64,000 nucleotides of DNA, from contig NW_027266274.1 in the NCBI RefSeq assembly GCF_022045235.1, forward strand, positions 4,154,001-4,218,000, given 5' to 3'. The notes beneath the pieces are model-generated. The model was given only the letters and a program-made list of their open reading frames with translations. It was not told where the DNA came from and made no database searches. Both the position numbers and the translations under genes were made by a program. Shown here piece by piece: positions 11,073 to 25,610 of this stretch (its first letter is position 1; every line of letters starts with the position of its first letter). Source of the DNA: Haliotis cracherodii. Lineage: Eukaryota.

Positions 11073-14000
11073 CCTACCCTATGGCCACCTGGATCATGTT
11101 GTGGCTGGCATCACTTAGTAACACATTAGAAACCTTTCCAGATGCTTGCAATAAATCCAGACCTTCTGAACTGATTAAATTAAGAGGCCAGTTCTCCACT
11201 GATAAAAGCACTTCAGCTGTGTTTGCATTCCATTTCTGGGTAATAACCAGCAATTATCATCCTTATCTCCTGTATCCTGCTGTCCTGCTGATCTGTAGAA
11301 TGTTTTCTGACATATTTGTATTCTAGCTGAAAGAATTTCTGTGAAACTACCCTAAAACAAGTCATAAATATTGTTGATCTATAGCAAAGACTCATTGGCT
11401 TTCCTTAGACATGTTAAAAAGTATTCCTACTAAAGTCTTGAAACAAACTCCTCAAATCACATCACATCAAAACACAGCAACTGAGAAGTTTCAACTTGAT
11501 ATCAAATCATTTCAAAATATGTGTTTCAACCACAAATATGTAACTTAGTGAGTATACCAATTGATTGGATTGAAGTTGCTCCCGTGAGTATTTTCATTAG
11601 AACAATTGCTGAACAAAACTGTCATAGAAAAAAAGAAACATGATTTCCATCTATCTGAATATGTTTGAAAAACATAATGAGAGCTGTTTTGTTTCCAATA
11701 TGTTTAATGCTGATGATTTAAGGAGATGCAGTCGCTGCCTGACTCAGCGAGGTGCAGCCATCTTGGCGGACGACCAGCATTCTTTGTACGTGATACAGGA
11801 TAAAACTCCTTATCACCTCATCGGTGCTTTGCTGCATGGAATCAGCCATTGCAACATCAGCACAAACGTAAACGATTATCTTAAAAATATAAACATTTCC
11901 CTTTTGGACGTAGAGATCTGATAGTCACAACAGAAAATATATCTTTGTTTATCAAAATATGTGTAAACTGGTATATATAATAAGTAAGATGAAAATAACA
12001 CGATGAAGACCTCTGACATATTCACATTTATGACATTTTGGGGGAATATAGGATAGATTTTTAATTAATAGTAATGCAGGATGAAGCATGATTTTGTGCA
12101 TGTGTCACATTTCACACAAGACACATATTTATAAATCCTAGTAAATCTTCCCCATGTACACCGCAGTTTAACAAGGATGCAGGTCTCAAAACACAGCCAG
12201 ATGTTGCTTTCATTAGCATCAGTTTGTCCTGTCACAGTTGAAGAAGTGTTCTCAGGCTGCAGGAGTGTCGGCTCCACTTTCCAGCCAGGAGATCCAAAGG
12301 CGGTAACACGATACTGGCACCATTTGGTTGTGGACTTGTATGAAAACATTCCGTAAAAACATACTGTAAGCCATTCAAGAGTTGAGACAGGTTCTAACAA
12401 AGTTGTCTTGTCAAAGCAATATAATTTACAAACATGTCAACAATATGTTCCTTCTTTTTTAGATTGCCATATGAAGTATTTTGATAGGATAGGAATTACA
12501 CAGACTGTCATTTGTTTGAAATACAACCAACATTCTCATCCTATTAGAAATAGCCACATGTAGTGTTTTGATTGGTTAGAAATTCAATGAATTGGTTTGA
12601 TCAGGATCGTTTTTTGTTTGAAACCCAACCCATCCCATTTAACACTGGTTACAAACCACTATTTTAACATGTCCTGAACCTTTGAACGAGGTCAGCCCAA
12701 CATTTGTGTTTCAAGTAGTGGTGCTGTTACATCCCACATGCTCGTGATAACAGTTTCATATGACCTGTAACAAAGACCGAGATGGTGAGGTGATGATACA
12801 CTTCTCACATGACATCTGCATTTTTGCATGTCTATGAAAGTCATCTCTAATCTTTTACTTCCCATTCAGATAACAATAACTGGATACACTTCCTGGTGTA
12901 ACGATTACCAAACAAAGGTTCCAACATTAAATGTTCCAGGTTAAATATATTCTTACGTAAGAGATATAACTATTTTGTAGTGTATGTAAGTTTGTCAGAA
13001 TTTCCAAAATAATATTATCATAAAGGGGGACAATTCAGCTATGGATTGACACATTCCAGTCATCTGTAACACGTTTCAGACAAAATTCATAAATCATGAA
13101 CCATTTACATGTTCTTCACTTGAAAAAACCCAACAGTTATAAATTTTTAAAAGTACTTCAAATACATCTTACAACACCAACACAAGACCATCAGCCACTT
13201 GAATATGGCCGCCATCACACCTGTCCACAATGACTCAGCGCTGCTGGAGCTAATGCAGCGTGACAGAAACAGTCTTTACTGTGACTGTCATTGATTTGTG
13301 TGTTTCTATTACACCAACTGTCTTTAATAACAACTCAGTCATATGGTTTACACTCTGTAATGTGCAGCCATACATGTCGTTTATCAGGTGTGATTGGCTT
13401 GACAATACTATCAGAGAGAGAAAAAACGTGTTAGATGCAAATACAAAATGCCTGACAATGTACTTGATTTCTTTCAGTTGTTTGTTTGAAATGCTAATGT
13501 GTTATGATAACATGTTTTGCTATCTTTACAATTTGAAAATGTCCTGAATTTCCTGTTATGTTTTTATCCATAGGCTAAAAAAATAATAGGTCTTGGTTCT
13601 CAGGCACTGCCTACATCATCATAAAGTTCGCCGCAAAAACCACTGTCCGCCCGCACTATATATAAAAAAACATAGCCTGAGAACCAAATCTTTTATTTTT
13701 CTAAGCCATGGCTGCTACATCTTATTACAGACATATTGCTGGTTAATACGTGATATAGACGTTGGTGTCACTGGGGTGTGTTGTGTGTTTTATTATATGA
13801 AATCAGCTCCAGCTATGCACCAGGAAGATATGCACAACAGTAACAGGGCTCACAGCCTGGCTGGGGGAATGTGGTCACAGGGGAGAAACACTGCTATTGT
13901 TTACATGGGTGAATGTTTTCATGCTACTTGTCAGCTGGAAGATCCTGCTGGAGTGTTAAACAATGCCATTAGCAGAGGAGAGTCATTAATTATGTCAAAA

Positions 14001-14075
14001 CACAGCTCTACACAACTATATCATGGTTCAAACACAGATCATTCATACTCATTGTGGTGGAAGGGTGGGTTGGGC

Positions 14076-16870
14076 CATGTGGTGTGTGGTGTACAGTATT
14101 CTTGTAAAGGGGACAGTACTGCCATCTGGTGTACAGTATTCCTGTACAGGGGACAGTACTGCCATGTGGTGTGTGGTGGACAGTATTCCAGTACAGGGGA
14201 CAGTACTGCCATGTGGTGTGTGGTGTACAGTATTCCTGTACAAGGGACAGTACTGCCATGTGGTGTACAGTATTCCTGTACAGGGGACAGTACTGCCATG
14301 TGGTGTACAGTATTCCTGTACAGGGGACAGTACTGCCATGTGGTGTACAGTATTCCTGTACAGGGGACAGTACTGTCATGTGGTGTACAGTATTCCTGTA
14401 CAGGGAACAGTACTGCCATGTGGTGTACAGTATTCCTGTACAGGGGACAGTACTGCCATGTGGTGTGTGGTGTACAGTATTCCTGTACAAGGGACAGTAC
14501 TGCCATCTGGTGTACAGTATTCCTGTACAGGGGACAGTACTGCCATGTGGTGTACAGTATTCCTGTACAGGGGACAGTACTGTCATGTGGTGTACAGTAT
14601 TCCTGTACAGGGGACAGTACTGCCATGTGGTGTACAGTATTCCTGTACAGGGGACAGTACTGCCATGTGGTGTACAGTATTCCTGTACAGGGGACAGTAC
14701 TGCCATGTGGTGTACAGTATTCCTGTACAGGGGACAGTACTGCCATGTGGTGTACAGTATTCCTGTACAGGGGACAGTACTGTCATGTGGTGTACAGTAT
14801 TCCTGTACAGGGAACAGTACTGCCATGTGGTGTACAGTATTCCTGTACAGGGGACAGTACTGCCATGTGGTGTGTGGTGTACAGTATTCCTGTACAAGGG
14901 ACAGTACTGCCATGTGGTGTACAGTATTCCTGTACAGGGAACAGTACTGCCATGTGGTGTACAGTATTCCTGTACAGGGGACAGTACTGTCATGTGGTGT
15001 ACAGTATTCCTGTACAGGGGACAGTACTGTCATGTGGTGTACAGTATTCCTGTACAGGGGACAGTACTGCCATGTGGTGTACAGTATTCCTGTACAGGGG
15101 ACAGTACTGCCATGTGGTGTACAGTATTCCTGTACAGGGGACAGTACTGCCATGTGGTGTACAGTATTCCTGTACAGGGGACAGTACTGCCATGTGGTGT
15201 ACAGTATTCCTGTACAGGGGACAGTACTGTCATGTGGTGTACAGTATTCCTGTACAGGGAACAGTACTGCCATGTGGTGTACAGTATTCCTGTACAGGGG
15301 ACAGTACTGCCATGTGGTGTGTGGTGTACAGTATTCCTGTACAGGGGACAGTACTGCCATGTGGTGTACAGTATTCCTGTACAGGGGACAGTACTGCCAT
15401 GTGGTGTACAGTATTCCTGTACAGGGGACAGTACTGTCATGTGGTGTACAGTATTCCTGTACAGGGGACAGTACTGCCATGTGGTGTACAGTATTCCTGT
15501 ACAGGGGACAGTACTGCCATGTGGTGTGTGGTGTACAGTATTCCTGTACAAGGGACAGTACTGCCATGTGGTGTACAGTATTCCTGTACAGGGAACAGTA
15601 CTGCCATGTGGTGTACAGTATTCCTGTACAGGGGACAGTACTGCCATGTGGTGTACAGTATTCCTGTACAGGGGACAGTACTGCCATCTGGTGTACAGTA
15701 TTCTTGTACAGGGGACAGTACTGCCATGTGGTGTACAGTATTCCTGTACAGGGGACAGTACTGCCATGTGGTGTGTGGTGTACAGTATTCATGTACAGGG
15801 GACAGTACTGCCATGTGGTGTACAGTATTCTTGTAAAGGGGACAGTACTGCCATCTGGTGTACAGTATTCCTGTACAGGGGACAGTACTGCCATGTGGTG
15901 TGTGGTGTACAGTATTCCTGTACAGGGGACAGTACTGCCATGTGGTGTACAGTATTCCTGTACAGGGGACAGTACTGCCATGTGGTGTACAGTATTCCTG
16001 TACAGGGGACAGTACTGCCATGTGGTGTACAGTATTCCTGTACAGGCGACAGTACTGCCATGTGGTGTGTGGTGTACAGTATTCCTGTACAGGGGACAGT
16101 ACTGCCATGTGGTGTACAGTATTCCTGTACAGGGGACAGTACTGCCATGTGGTGTACAGTATTCCTGTACAGGGGACAGTACTGCCATGTAGTGTACAGT
16201 ATTCCTGTACAGGCGACAGTACTGCCATGTGGTGTACAGTATTCTTCTACAGGGGACAGTACTGCCATGTGGTGTACAGTATTCCTGTACATGCGACAGT
16301 ACTGCCATGTGGTGTGTGGTGTACAGTATTCCTGTACAGGGGACAGTACTGCCATGTGGTGTACAGTATTCCAGTACAGGGGACAGTACTGCCATGTGGT
16401 GTACAGTATTCCAGTACAGGGGACAGTACTGCCATGTGGTGTACAGTATTCCTGTACAGTACTGCCATCTGGTGTACAGTATTCCTGTACAGTACTGCCA
16501 TCTGGTGTACAGTATTCCTGTACAGGGGACAGTACTGCCATGTGGTGTACAGTATTCCTGTACAGGGGACAGTACTGTCATGTGGTGTACAGTATTCCTG
16601 TACAGTACTGCCATCTGGTGTACAGTATTCCTGTACAGTACTGCCATCTGGTGTACAGTATTCCTGTACAGGGGACAGTACTGCCATGTGGTGTACAGTA
16701 TTCCTGTACAGGGGACAGTACTGCCATGTGGTGTACAGTATTCCTGTACAGTACTGCCATCTGGTGTACAGTATTCCTGTACAGGGGACAGTACTGCCAT
16801 GTGGTGTACAGTATTCCTGTACAGGGGACAGTACTGTCATGTGGTGTACAGTATTCTTGTACAGGGGAAC
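14076..16870. repeat. 40-bp minisatellite (GTGGTGTACAGTATTCCTGTACAGGGGACAGTACTGCCAT)n, ~2.8 kb
   Basis: Highly homogeneous units with +7-bp (GTGGTGT) variants and shortened variants near the right end. Source of all the 200-950 aa ORFs here. Confidence 0.99.
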
Positions 16871-17959
16871 ATCTGTTTATAAGTAGGCAAACCTAGTCAA
16901 TTGGGGGAACAATACTCAACCAATTAGGATATTTCTGTTTGTAACCAAGCTGATGAGAACATGATGTTATTTCCGTTCCCTTTGAAAGATAGCCTTCTAT
17001 GGCTGATGGATTAGAGCCATTGTGCATTTCTTTTTCATTATATCATTTTTCAGAGACCACTGTGAATCCAGTCTTATGGGATGTACTGATTGATAACTAC
17101 ATGTTTTACTGTTTGTGTTTTGATGCAGAACATGCATATCACTTGTGGTCGATCTGTGACCCAGAGGACAACCCAGGTTTCGGAGTGATGTCATAATGAC
17201 AAAACACTGCAGACACACTCAATGGAACACCAGACAAAACCAATGGCAAGGTCACATTCAAAATGAGACAGCATTCTCTGCGGAGTTAATTACTGGTGAC
17301 ATTGCTCTGAGGGCATACAGCGTGAGTGAGTGAGAGGGTTGGGGGATGTTTGTGAGGGCAGGGGGAGGCGGGGGGGAATGAGGATATAGGAAGACAGCAG
17401 CGGTTACTTTTACAATATCTTAAAAAAACAAAACTGTCACATGTACTCAGATTGAATCACTGTGTCACAGACATCTTGTTTCGAACACAAACTCACAAAA
17501 TATACACAATAAAAAAATAACTCTGTTACATAAACTGGACAACAGAAACAAATCTGGATCCACACACAATATCAGAGCCAAAACAAAATGATCATAATCC
17601 CATACTTTAACACAGACTCACAACAGCCATAGCTTTACCTTTGTTAGAGCAATGGCTTGGACATCATTCATAATAAGTCCTTGGGCTTGCAGGACACAAG
17701 GACAAGTTTATTATCTCAATATAAATTGAGTTCTCATTAAACAAATTGTGTTATATATCTTGTTTATCTTGCAAAATGTTGAAGTCACAATGACATCTGA
17801 ATGGTAACAAGACATATGCCAAGTAGGACAGGCGTAGCTGGCCAGGGCAGTCGTCACACCACCCGTGACCACCCGTAACGACCAGACACAACATCTATTA
17901 GATGTTATCAACTACCAGCAAGTTGTTCCATGATGTTCAAAGATACTTTCAAAACCAGT

Positions 17960-18090
17960 ACTGTCCGATATCCCAATTGCTTGGATTGATGCTCATAATA
18001 TCAGTCACTGGATTGTGTGGTCCAGACTCCATAACTAAGGGCCGTCTTATAGCTGGAATATTGCTGAGTGCGGCATCATACAACAAAGAA
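17960..18090 (+). mobile_element. SINE-like family B, 3' fragment
   Basis: CACTGGATTGT.TGGTCCAGACT...TAGCTGGAATATTGCTGAGTGCGGC...CAACAAA is shared with 25075-25300, 33721-33932 and 36046-36183. Confidence 0.7.
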
Positions 18091-21000
18091 ACACTCTGAA
18101 CAGAACACGACATGACCATATGGACATACATATAGCACCCTGTGAATGTGTACCCTAGGGCCTTACATGTAAAACACATGATAAACAAACACCTTCCCCA
18201 TGTGAAAATCGAAGAGGCAACGGGTAGAGCCGCAATGTGTTACGCTGACTGAAACTCCACCTCTCATTACTCCCCACAGAGAATACCCAGATATGTATTC
18301 TATGGTAGATTTAGGAAAAGATTTTATCACGACACATGAATCAGAAAATGAGTGTAATAAGTCTTGGGAAAACTGAACCTACAGCAGTCAACGTGAGCAG
18401 GCTTGAGTGTTATCAATGACACATAGCCCATCTACTGTCTGCTTCAGTGCCAGCCATGTTTACCATGTAACTCTCCCATCCAGCCGTTCTCCGATGCCAT
18501 CTTGTCTGTGAATCTAACAACAACTTCCTGGAAATTGTCACCTACTCAGCTAGTGGCTGCACACATGCATCCCTGAACATGTGAAGGGACTCCCTCACTG
18601 ATGCAGGACATCAGGCTGGCGGTACTGTAATCTCACAAACATGCTTCAGATCCTGCTGGCTACACAAATTAAGATTTCAAAAGATAATCTAATGATACCA
18701 TATGTTTGTAAAGATATCTTTAAGGATATCAAGTTATATGAACCATATTTACACAGCAGAAATTTCCTTATTGATCATGGTGGTGTTTGTGGACAGGGAA
18801 TTGATTTTCATAAACATTAATATCCTTACATTTTTATATTTTATTATCAGAGTTGTCAAATGTTGAAGGTAGTGTGACAGCTAGTAGTATTTCAGGCTAT
18901 TTTTCAGGGTGTCCTTAAATGTTATCACTATTCAAACGAGTAAACTTTTCAGGTTTTTTGTATCCCAGATTCTTGTGCAAGAAGTCTTGAAGTCCTTAAC
19001 TTCTCCAATTTCTAACATGATGGTTTTCAATTCCATTCTGCTGAGAAGCACAGTGCAATACCCATCCTTGGGCCAGGTCTGCCCAAAGAACATTACATGT
19101 TGATAAATATTCATGAAGTTCAATGCAGACAATTTGCAAGTTCCCCACTTTTATTACTTAACACAATTCTAAATTCACAAGAACACTGGTCATGTCTAAG
19201 GTGGATCTTCAACAAACGAACAACCAGAAAAATCAATCTGCACTGAGGCTCTCTCTACCTAATATATCATTCATTGCCACCAGTGTGTGATTGTGGTTTG
19301 CTTGGCTCCTGCACCACATATGATACAAAATGCTATTTCACCTGAGTAACTGGGTCTCATGTGTGTTGCATCCAGCAGGGAACCTAGGTCATGTAGTATG
19401 TAGTGTCAGTGTCTGCAGGCCCTTGCCTAATGCTCAACAGTTACAGATTGAACACTGTGTTACTAATTACACTGAGATATGCAGAGATTAACAGCAAAAA
19501 TTCATCTTAAATTCTAGAATAATCTGTTTTCTGACATTACTGTTTACCATTATCATCTATGATATATAGTCTCCACTTACATCTTATTCAAGACTAATTG
19601 TTTTGTAATCCTACAAAAATGACTTTATTCCACTTTTTACAGTTTTGGATAATATTTTTGTGATAATATGAAAAATGTTTTTTTACTGACCATACTTATG
19701 ATGTGCATCAAAATTAGTAATAATTATTAATATTACCATGGCTGTACTTAGGACTTTTAATACCGGAAGAAATCCTTGAATCCTAAGTTATTTTCCAAAG
19801 CTTGATCAAACTTAAATCACTCATTAAATATACACAGTGAACCTACTGTGACAATGTACAACAAGGAGAAAATAATGTACAAATTACATCCTAAAACAAT
19901 GTTAACATAAGAGTGATGATATTAAGATACACAAACTGTATGTCCCTACATACAAACTGTATGTCCCTACATACAAATATTATGTAAGAGATCATACAAG
20001 TCAGAACCAAAAGCAAACACAGAAGTGCCATTGTGCCCATCCAATATTACTTCCACTTCCTGCTCCAGCCTGCATGGTGGTACGCACATCACACACAGGG
20101 CTATTTTCACAAAGGTTGGTGAATCAGTACGGTTCCATGCGCTCGCTGATACGATGCTGCGACCAAAATGAACACATCTAAATCAACAACACCTTCCTGG
20201 CTTGTATCCAGAAACTAGTGTACAGTGTTGAGTACTTACCAGCGTTCAGCCTGGGTCCAACTCACAGCTACTCCACACTGAGGCACAGGGAAATGGAAGA
20301 GGCAAGACTCGTCTGGGTCAAATGCAAGGCTCCAAACGATTTGCTTGGGGGGATTTCATTTCAATAAGTGTGTGGAGTATCGGAGGGCTTACTTCACTTC
20401 ACCACTGATAAGACAAGGTACCCCACAAGCCACAATGAAATATGGGATTTGAGAAATCTAAACAATGTGTGGAATTCGCTTTATCCCAACAAAGAATATT
20501 CAGGTTGTAAATGAAAGACAATCATGTAAATTGCTCCTTTTAGGTAGGTGATTAAGTCTGTCTATCACTCATAGTTAGTTATTAATAACACAAAATGGAT
20601 TGCTCATGTTTGAGGAAAGACTAGCCTGTCCCCCCTACTATGCTAATAAGCAAGCTCCAAGCAGCTATTGAAAGCCAGGCCAATCCCATGACATAAAAGC
20701 AGTTATGTTTAGGTCTATCCCACCCCTTTGGACGGGAGGTGATGCAGCATGCCAAAAATGGTAAGGCATCTTGAAAATACAGCATCGGTGGCAGTGACTC
20801 ACAGGTTACCGTGGCAATGGGGGAACTTCCAGTCTGGATGGCCAAGACAAAGGGGATTTCCTATGGGAGTGGTTCAACAGATTCATTCATATCAGGACAG
20901 GGAGATGTTGCATTGTCTGAGATGCCTAATTTGCATACATCCCATCTGTCTGCCTGTTGGTAGCATGTAGGGAGGTTCTCTGCTGTAGTAGGGTCATTAT

Positions 21001-21425
21001 GTAGGGTGGGGCACAGCTGACGGGGTGGGGCACACATGACGGGGTGGGGAGCAGGAGGGGACAGGTCTAACATGTCCAAAGGATTCTCCTTTGCTGTTCG
21101 GGTTTTAACAACTGTGCTCCATACTTCAAGGATTCTTACTTAATTGTTTTGTAGGACTTCGTAATGGGTTGTAAAGGTGTAAAACGAGAAGGGCAGTTAT
21201 ATGCATGTTGTTTTTTTCTTTATAAAATTGACAAAAGGCATCTTCAGTGAGTTGCAATTAAAACTGAAATATGTACTTTTGTACACTCTACACTCAGATT
21301 TACATGGCCCTATACCATTCAGAATATGTTTATGTAAAGCCTTTATTGAAATCTGCTGGTCATTGAAACAGAAATATTACTCTGCCTTGAGACAAGACCA
21401 CATACCCTTCATCTGAACAATTAGA

Positions 21426-21587
21426 GTGAGTGAGTATGGTTTTACTCCGCTTTTAGCATTATTCCAGCAATATCACGGCGGGGGATACCACAAATGAGCT
21501 TCACACATTGTACCCATGTCGGGAATTGAACCTGGGTCTACGGCGTGACGAGCGAACGCTTTAACCACTAGGCTACCCGACCGCCCC
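21426..21587 (-). mobile_element. Full-length tRNA(Asp-like)-derived SINE (family A) with (CTCA)n tail and 13-bp TSD
   Basis: Minus strand GGGGCGGTCGGGTAGCCTAGTGG (A box)...GCTCGTCACGCC...GGTTCAATTCC (B box). TSD CTGAACAATTAGA at 21413-21425 and 21588-21600. Confidence 0.93.
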
Positions 21588-24500
21588 CTGAACAATTAGA
21601 CCAAAAGAAACTTTCAAAACATACGTGGTTCCTTACACTTTCATCTTTGTGATATTTTCTACATATTTTTTAGATTTTATAGTACTGCATGCATATTAAA
21701 AAACATTTAACAAAAACATTAAGTAATATTTATGTGATTACATGATACAATGATAGCTGCCAGTTCATGACCGTGTTCACAAAAAACTCTTTCCAATTAG
21801 TCTCTCATGACAGATCATGACAGGTCATGACATTCTCAAAATTGTCATTAAGAAAATGACATAGTTACTACTGTCTTTAAGTTGACAACAAAAAATGTGC
21901 ATCAGTGAGACATGTGCTTGTCGCAGACATGTTATCACAATACAGGTTCCTCTCAGACTAATGCTTAGTCTCTGAAAATTTTGATAGAAACGATCAACCA
22001 AATTTAAATTGAAAAGGAGCCCTAGCCAACCTGTGGAAAATCTAGACTTGCTTCACTTTGAATCTAGCCAGTGAGGCCTGCATAGACATGGAAACAATAT
22101 GGTTCTGGGACTGTGAGACAGGCTAGTTTCCTCTGCCAATTAAGTTTTTTAACTATTTGGGCTCTATTAGTCATCAATGCTTTGTTCAGTTCAAAGAATA
22201 TTTTCTAAAAATTTAACAGCAAAAAAGATTGCACAAATATAATTTGAAAATCAATAATGAATGGTTTATGATGAAAATTTAATAAACCAAGACTTTCCTT
22301 TCGAATTTGATTCATAATTTCCAAATTGCTTTTTATTTAAATAATTTGCCACATAATATCAAGTTATCAGAAAACCAATAACAACATCACTATTTGATGA
22401 AATCGTAACATTTTCAGAGTGTCCTTACATTGATATGAAGAATATAGTCTTACATTACCAGCAACCACCCTAACATGCTAAGTGCACATTTGTTTAACAG
22501 CTGTTTCAGTAACTTCCCTTCAGCTGTCATTGAGTGACAAAACATTAAATACATGTACCGTCTCACAAATGACATGATGTCAACATAACCCAACAACTTT
22601 TCAAACTGGACAAACCAGTAGCTGATTTTAAGGACATAACCTACTTTGTTTGAAATTCAAAGGTTTCTATCATAGATTTGATATCTGTATATATATTTCA
22701 AACAAAGATTACAGATACAATCATTTTGAAAGCTCTTGAAGTAAAGCCAACCTTCCAAAGCTGTTCCACAGACATAAGCGAACATGGGACACGTCTGAGT
22801 ATTTGATCATGGTGCCCAAATATCAGCTCTTTCCATATTATTTACTGTACACAAGTTTAGTTGCTGTATGGTGTTTCTGTTAAAAATATATTGCAATACA
22901 TGATTTACTTAATCTTGGAACTGCAATGCAGCTTATTTGGTGACAAAATGAATACCAAATTGCCTATAAGTCATGTTTGCGAAAATAGTGCTTTCAAATA
23001 AATATTTAATTTCTAGATGTGGTCATCAGCCAAATCATGGTCTAACAATAATCTGATGCCACCGGCGCACCAATCAGAACATAGGATTCTAAATACTAGC
23101 GTAGAATAATCTGTGACAATGGTGGTTGATGAGGCCTTGAACTGCAGCACAATCTCCTTACAGTGGTGGGTCAGAGAGACATGGGAACAGATCAAGATAG
23201 ACCTGCACCCATCGCTGGGCTGGTGGGTTGTTAATACCTGCGTGATCCCTCTACTTACACCACATCATATATCACAACAGACATGCTGTGTTCTTACTTC
23301 TTAAGCAGGCATAGATGTCAAAGTGTTTTATTGACTCAAACCTCATTTTGCAGAGCCGTGTGTGGAATGGTTTATGCTGTTCTTTTGTAAAAATATTTTC
23401 ATTGTCATAAAAAGTTGTGTTAAAAAGGAGGAATCAAGATTAATTTCTAAATAAATAAATACTATAAATGCTTATCAGGTAATATGTATTTTGCAAACGA
23501 AATCTCAAATTTTGTATGATTTCTGATCCTCATATTTTTAAAATAAAGTAAATTGCAAATAATTATGTAAAAGACGAATACATGTAATTGGAAAATAAAC
23601 TCCACAGAATGCACATTACCTTCCTTGATTTATCTCCTCATTGGGTGTGATATTAAATTATCGGTGGTCTATTAACTTACACTTTACACTAATAACTGGC
23701 ATCTGAACTGTGCAGGAGATAATTGTCTTCACTGCCAGTCTCCGCACCCAAGGCAGGAGGTCACTGTGACATACTGGGGTTGGACCGGCAGGACTTTTTT
23801 TATGTCTGGATCGCAGAATGTAACACTACATAATGACATGGATGAGATGATCTTGGCAACTTGCCAACACATGTAGGAAGTCGGTGTTTCAAACCTTGTG
23901 CATCTCCTCATTGTGCTGTCTTTGAAATTATGAACAGTCCTGAATTACTGACAGTTGTACAAAAAAAATAATTTGACAAAGATTATGCTAATAATTTCTT
24001 TGGCAATTGAAGCCTAGAGACAAGATATTCTGTTTGTGTCACACCGCCATGAAGAGCCAGAGATCAGGCCAACAGCAGGAGGTGCATGGCTTGTGTCTTT
24101 CTTAGACACAAAAAGAGAGACACAATCACGCATTTGTACGACTAACAACATACCCAGTACAATCATGTAGACACAGAATGAAGATGTTATTTGAGATAAG
24201 AACTAAACAGTCATATTTTTGTACTGACACTGGAATTATATGAGGGTTACTAAAGGAAACTGTTAACCCAGGCCCTGTTTATACAGTCTTTCCTAGACTT
24301 GCACAAGTCTCTATGGTAATAATTATTAGTATAAATCATCAGTTCTAGATTATGTAAGTAATAAGAACAAGCTGTCCTTATAAGAGGCTGGAGTACTGTC
24401 CACATATCTAGTCTTGCCTATTAGGAGGCTAGAATTACTACCCATCCATGGACTTTTCTTTCAGTACAGCCTTGGAGCAAGGCTAAGTCATTCTGTCCGC

Positions 24501-25074
24501 TTCATGGCTCGGTTAAGAATGTCCCCAGACATACAAAGGACACGGTCAATTCAGATGACCTCTCTGTGAATGATACCGTCCAGATTATCAAGGTTTCATT
24601 GTGTAGATGCACATTACATTTTTTCTTTAGCTCTACAGATAACAGAAATGAGTCATAGTTCAGTATAGACCAAATATTACCGGTAATGTGATTAATACAT
24701 TCAGGAAAAAACACCCTATGTGTCCTTATATATGAGGATTTAATGTTACTTTAGAGGAAATGAAAACCATTAGAAATGTTAAGCAAACATCCCAGCCATA
24801 TTGTCTGCCAGCAAAGTGTCTCCAGCACACAAAAACTGAATCATCCCATGAGTGGCAGACACAAGGGAGGTAACTCTGTATACCCCACAATCTGAATACA
24901 TGGGGGAATATTGTATTCAACTGATCAATACTGGTGTTCACAAACTGTGAGAGTTGCAGACAGTGTAAAAGGGATGCCAATATATATATAATCCTCCCTC
25001 TGTCCTAACTGCTGTCGCAGACAGTTACCCCATCCTATTATGCACAATAACATTCATGCTATGATGACATTTTG

Positions 25075-25300
25075 TTTTTGTCTCGTTTCTTGTTTAATAT
25101 TCCAGCTATATGATGGCTGTCTGAAAATAATCGAGTCTGAAACAGAATATCCAGTGATTGATATCATGAGCATTGATTTACACAATTGGGATATAATGAC
25201 AGGCATCAGCCATGTCAGTGAGCCTGACCACCTGATCCTGTTTGTCGGCCCTTATGACAAGCATGGCTGCTGAAGACCAAGTGCAACCTAGATCTTCACG
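25075..25300 (-). mobile_element. SINE-like family B, near full length and degenerate
   Basis: Reverse complement begins CGTGAAGATCTAGG...GGTCTTCAGCAGCCATGCTTGTCATAAGGGCCGAC, matching 36052-36110. Confidence 0.75.
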
Positions 25301-25441
25301 TGGACATTTGGATAATTGCATTTCTATCATCTGATCTTGAACCTACTTGACACATTTTCCTTTCCATCCTTTGCACCACTCTTGTTGGGATTGAGGCATT
25401 AATATTTATGCAAAATCAGACCCTGAAACAAATATATCCAA

Positions 25442-25610
25442 TACAGCCCATGCAAGTCTATAATAGTTGGCAAGTCTAGATTACTTCAGTTTCTGAAAAT
25501 GGAGGGTCTCTGGGCTCCTTTTTATTATTTTTTTATAAAGATATATACATTGAACTTTTTTCTGTAAAATATTTACATTTCAAAGAGTAGATGTTAGTCT
25601 AGCAAACTAC
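25442..25610 (+). mobile_element. ~160-bp interspersed repeat family C
   Basis: TACAGCCCATGCAAGTCTATAAT..TTGGCAAGTCTAGATTACT...GGGCTCC...ATGTTAGTCTA also occurs at 38103-38252 and inverted at 28245-28403. Confidence 0.8.

Noticed and set aside
10250-11326. 358-aa Ser/Leu/Gln-rich ORF
   Set aside because: Made of a 17/18-bp repeat that shifts frame freely, with no domain.
13593-16896. ORFs of 200-957 aa on both strands
   Set aside because: Translations of a 40-bp tandem repeat. All frames give the same cyclic peptide and there is no codon-level constraint.
21510-21587. tRNA-Asp-like sequence (also ~36690-36761)
   Set aside because: It is the head of a SINE with body, simple-repeat tail and TSD, not a tRNA gene.
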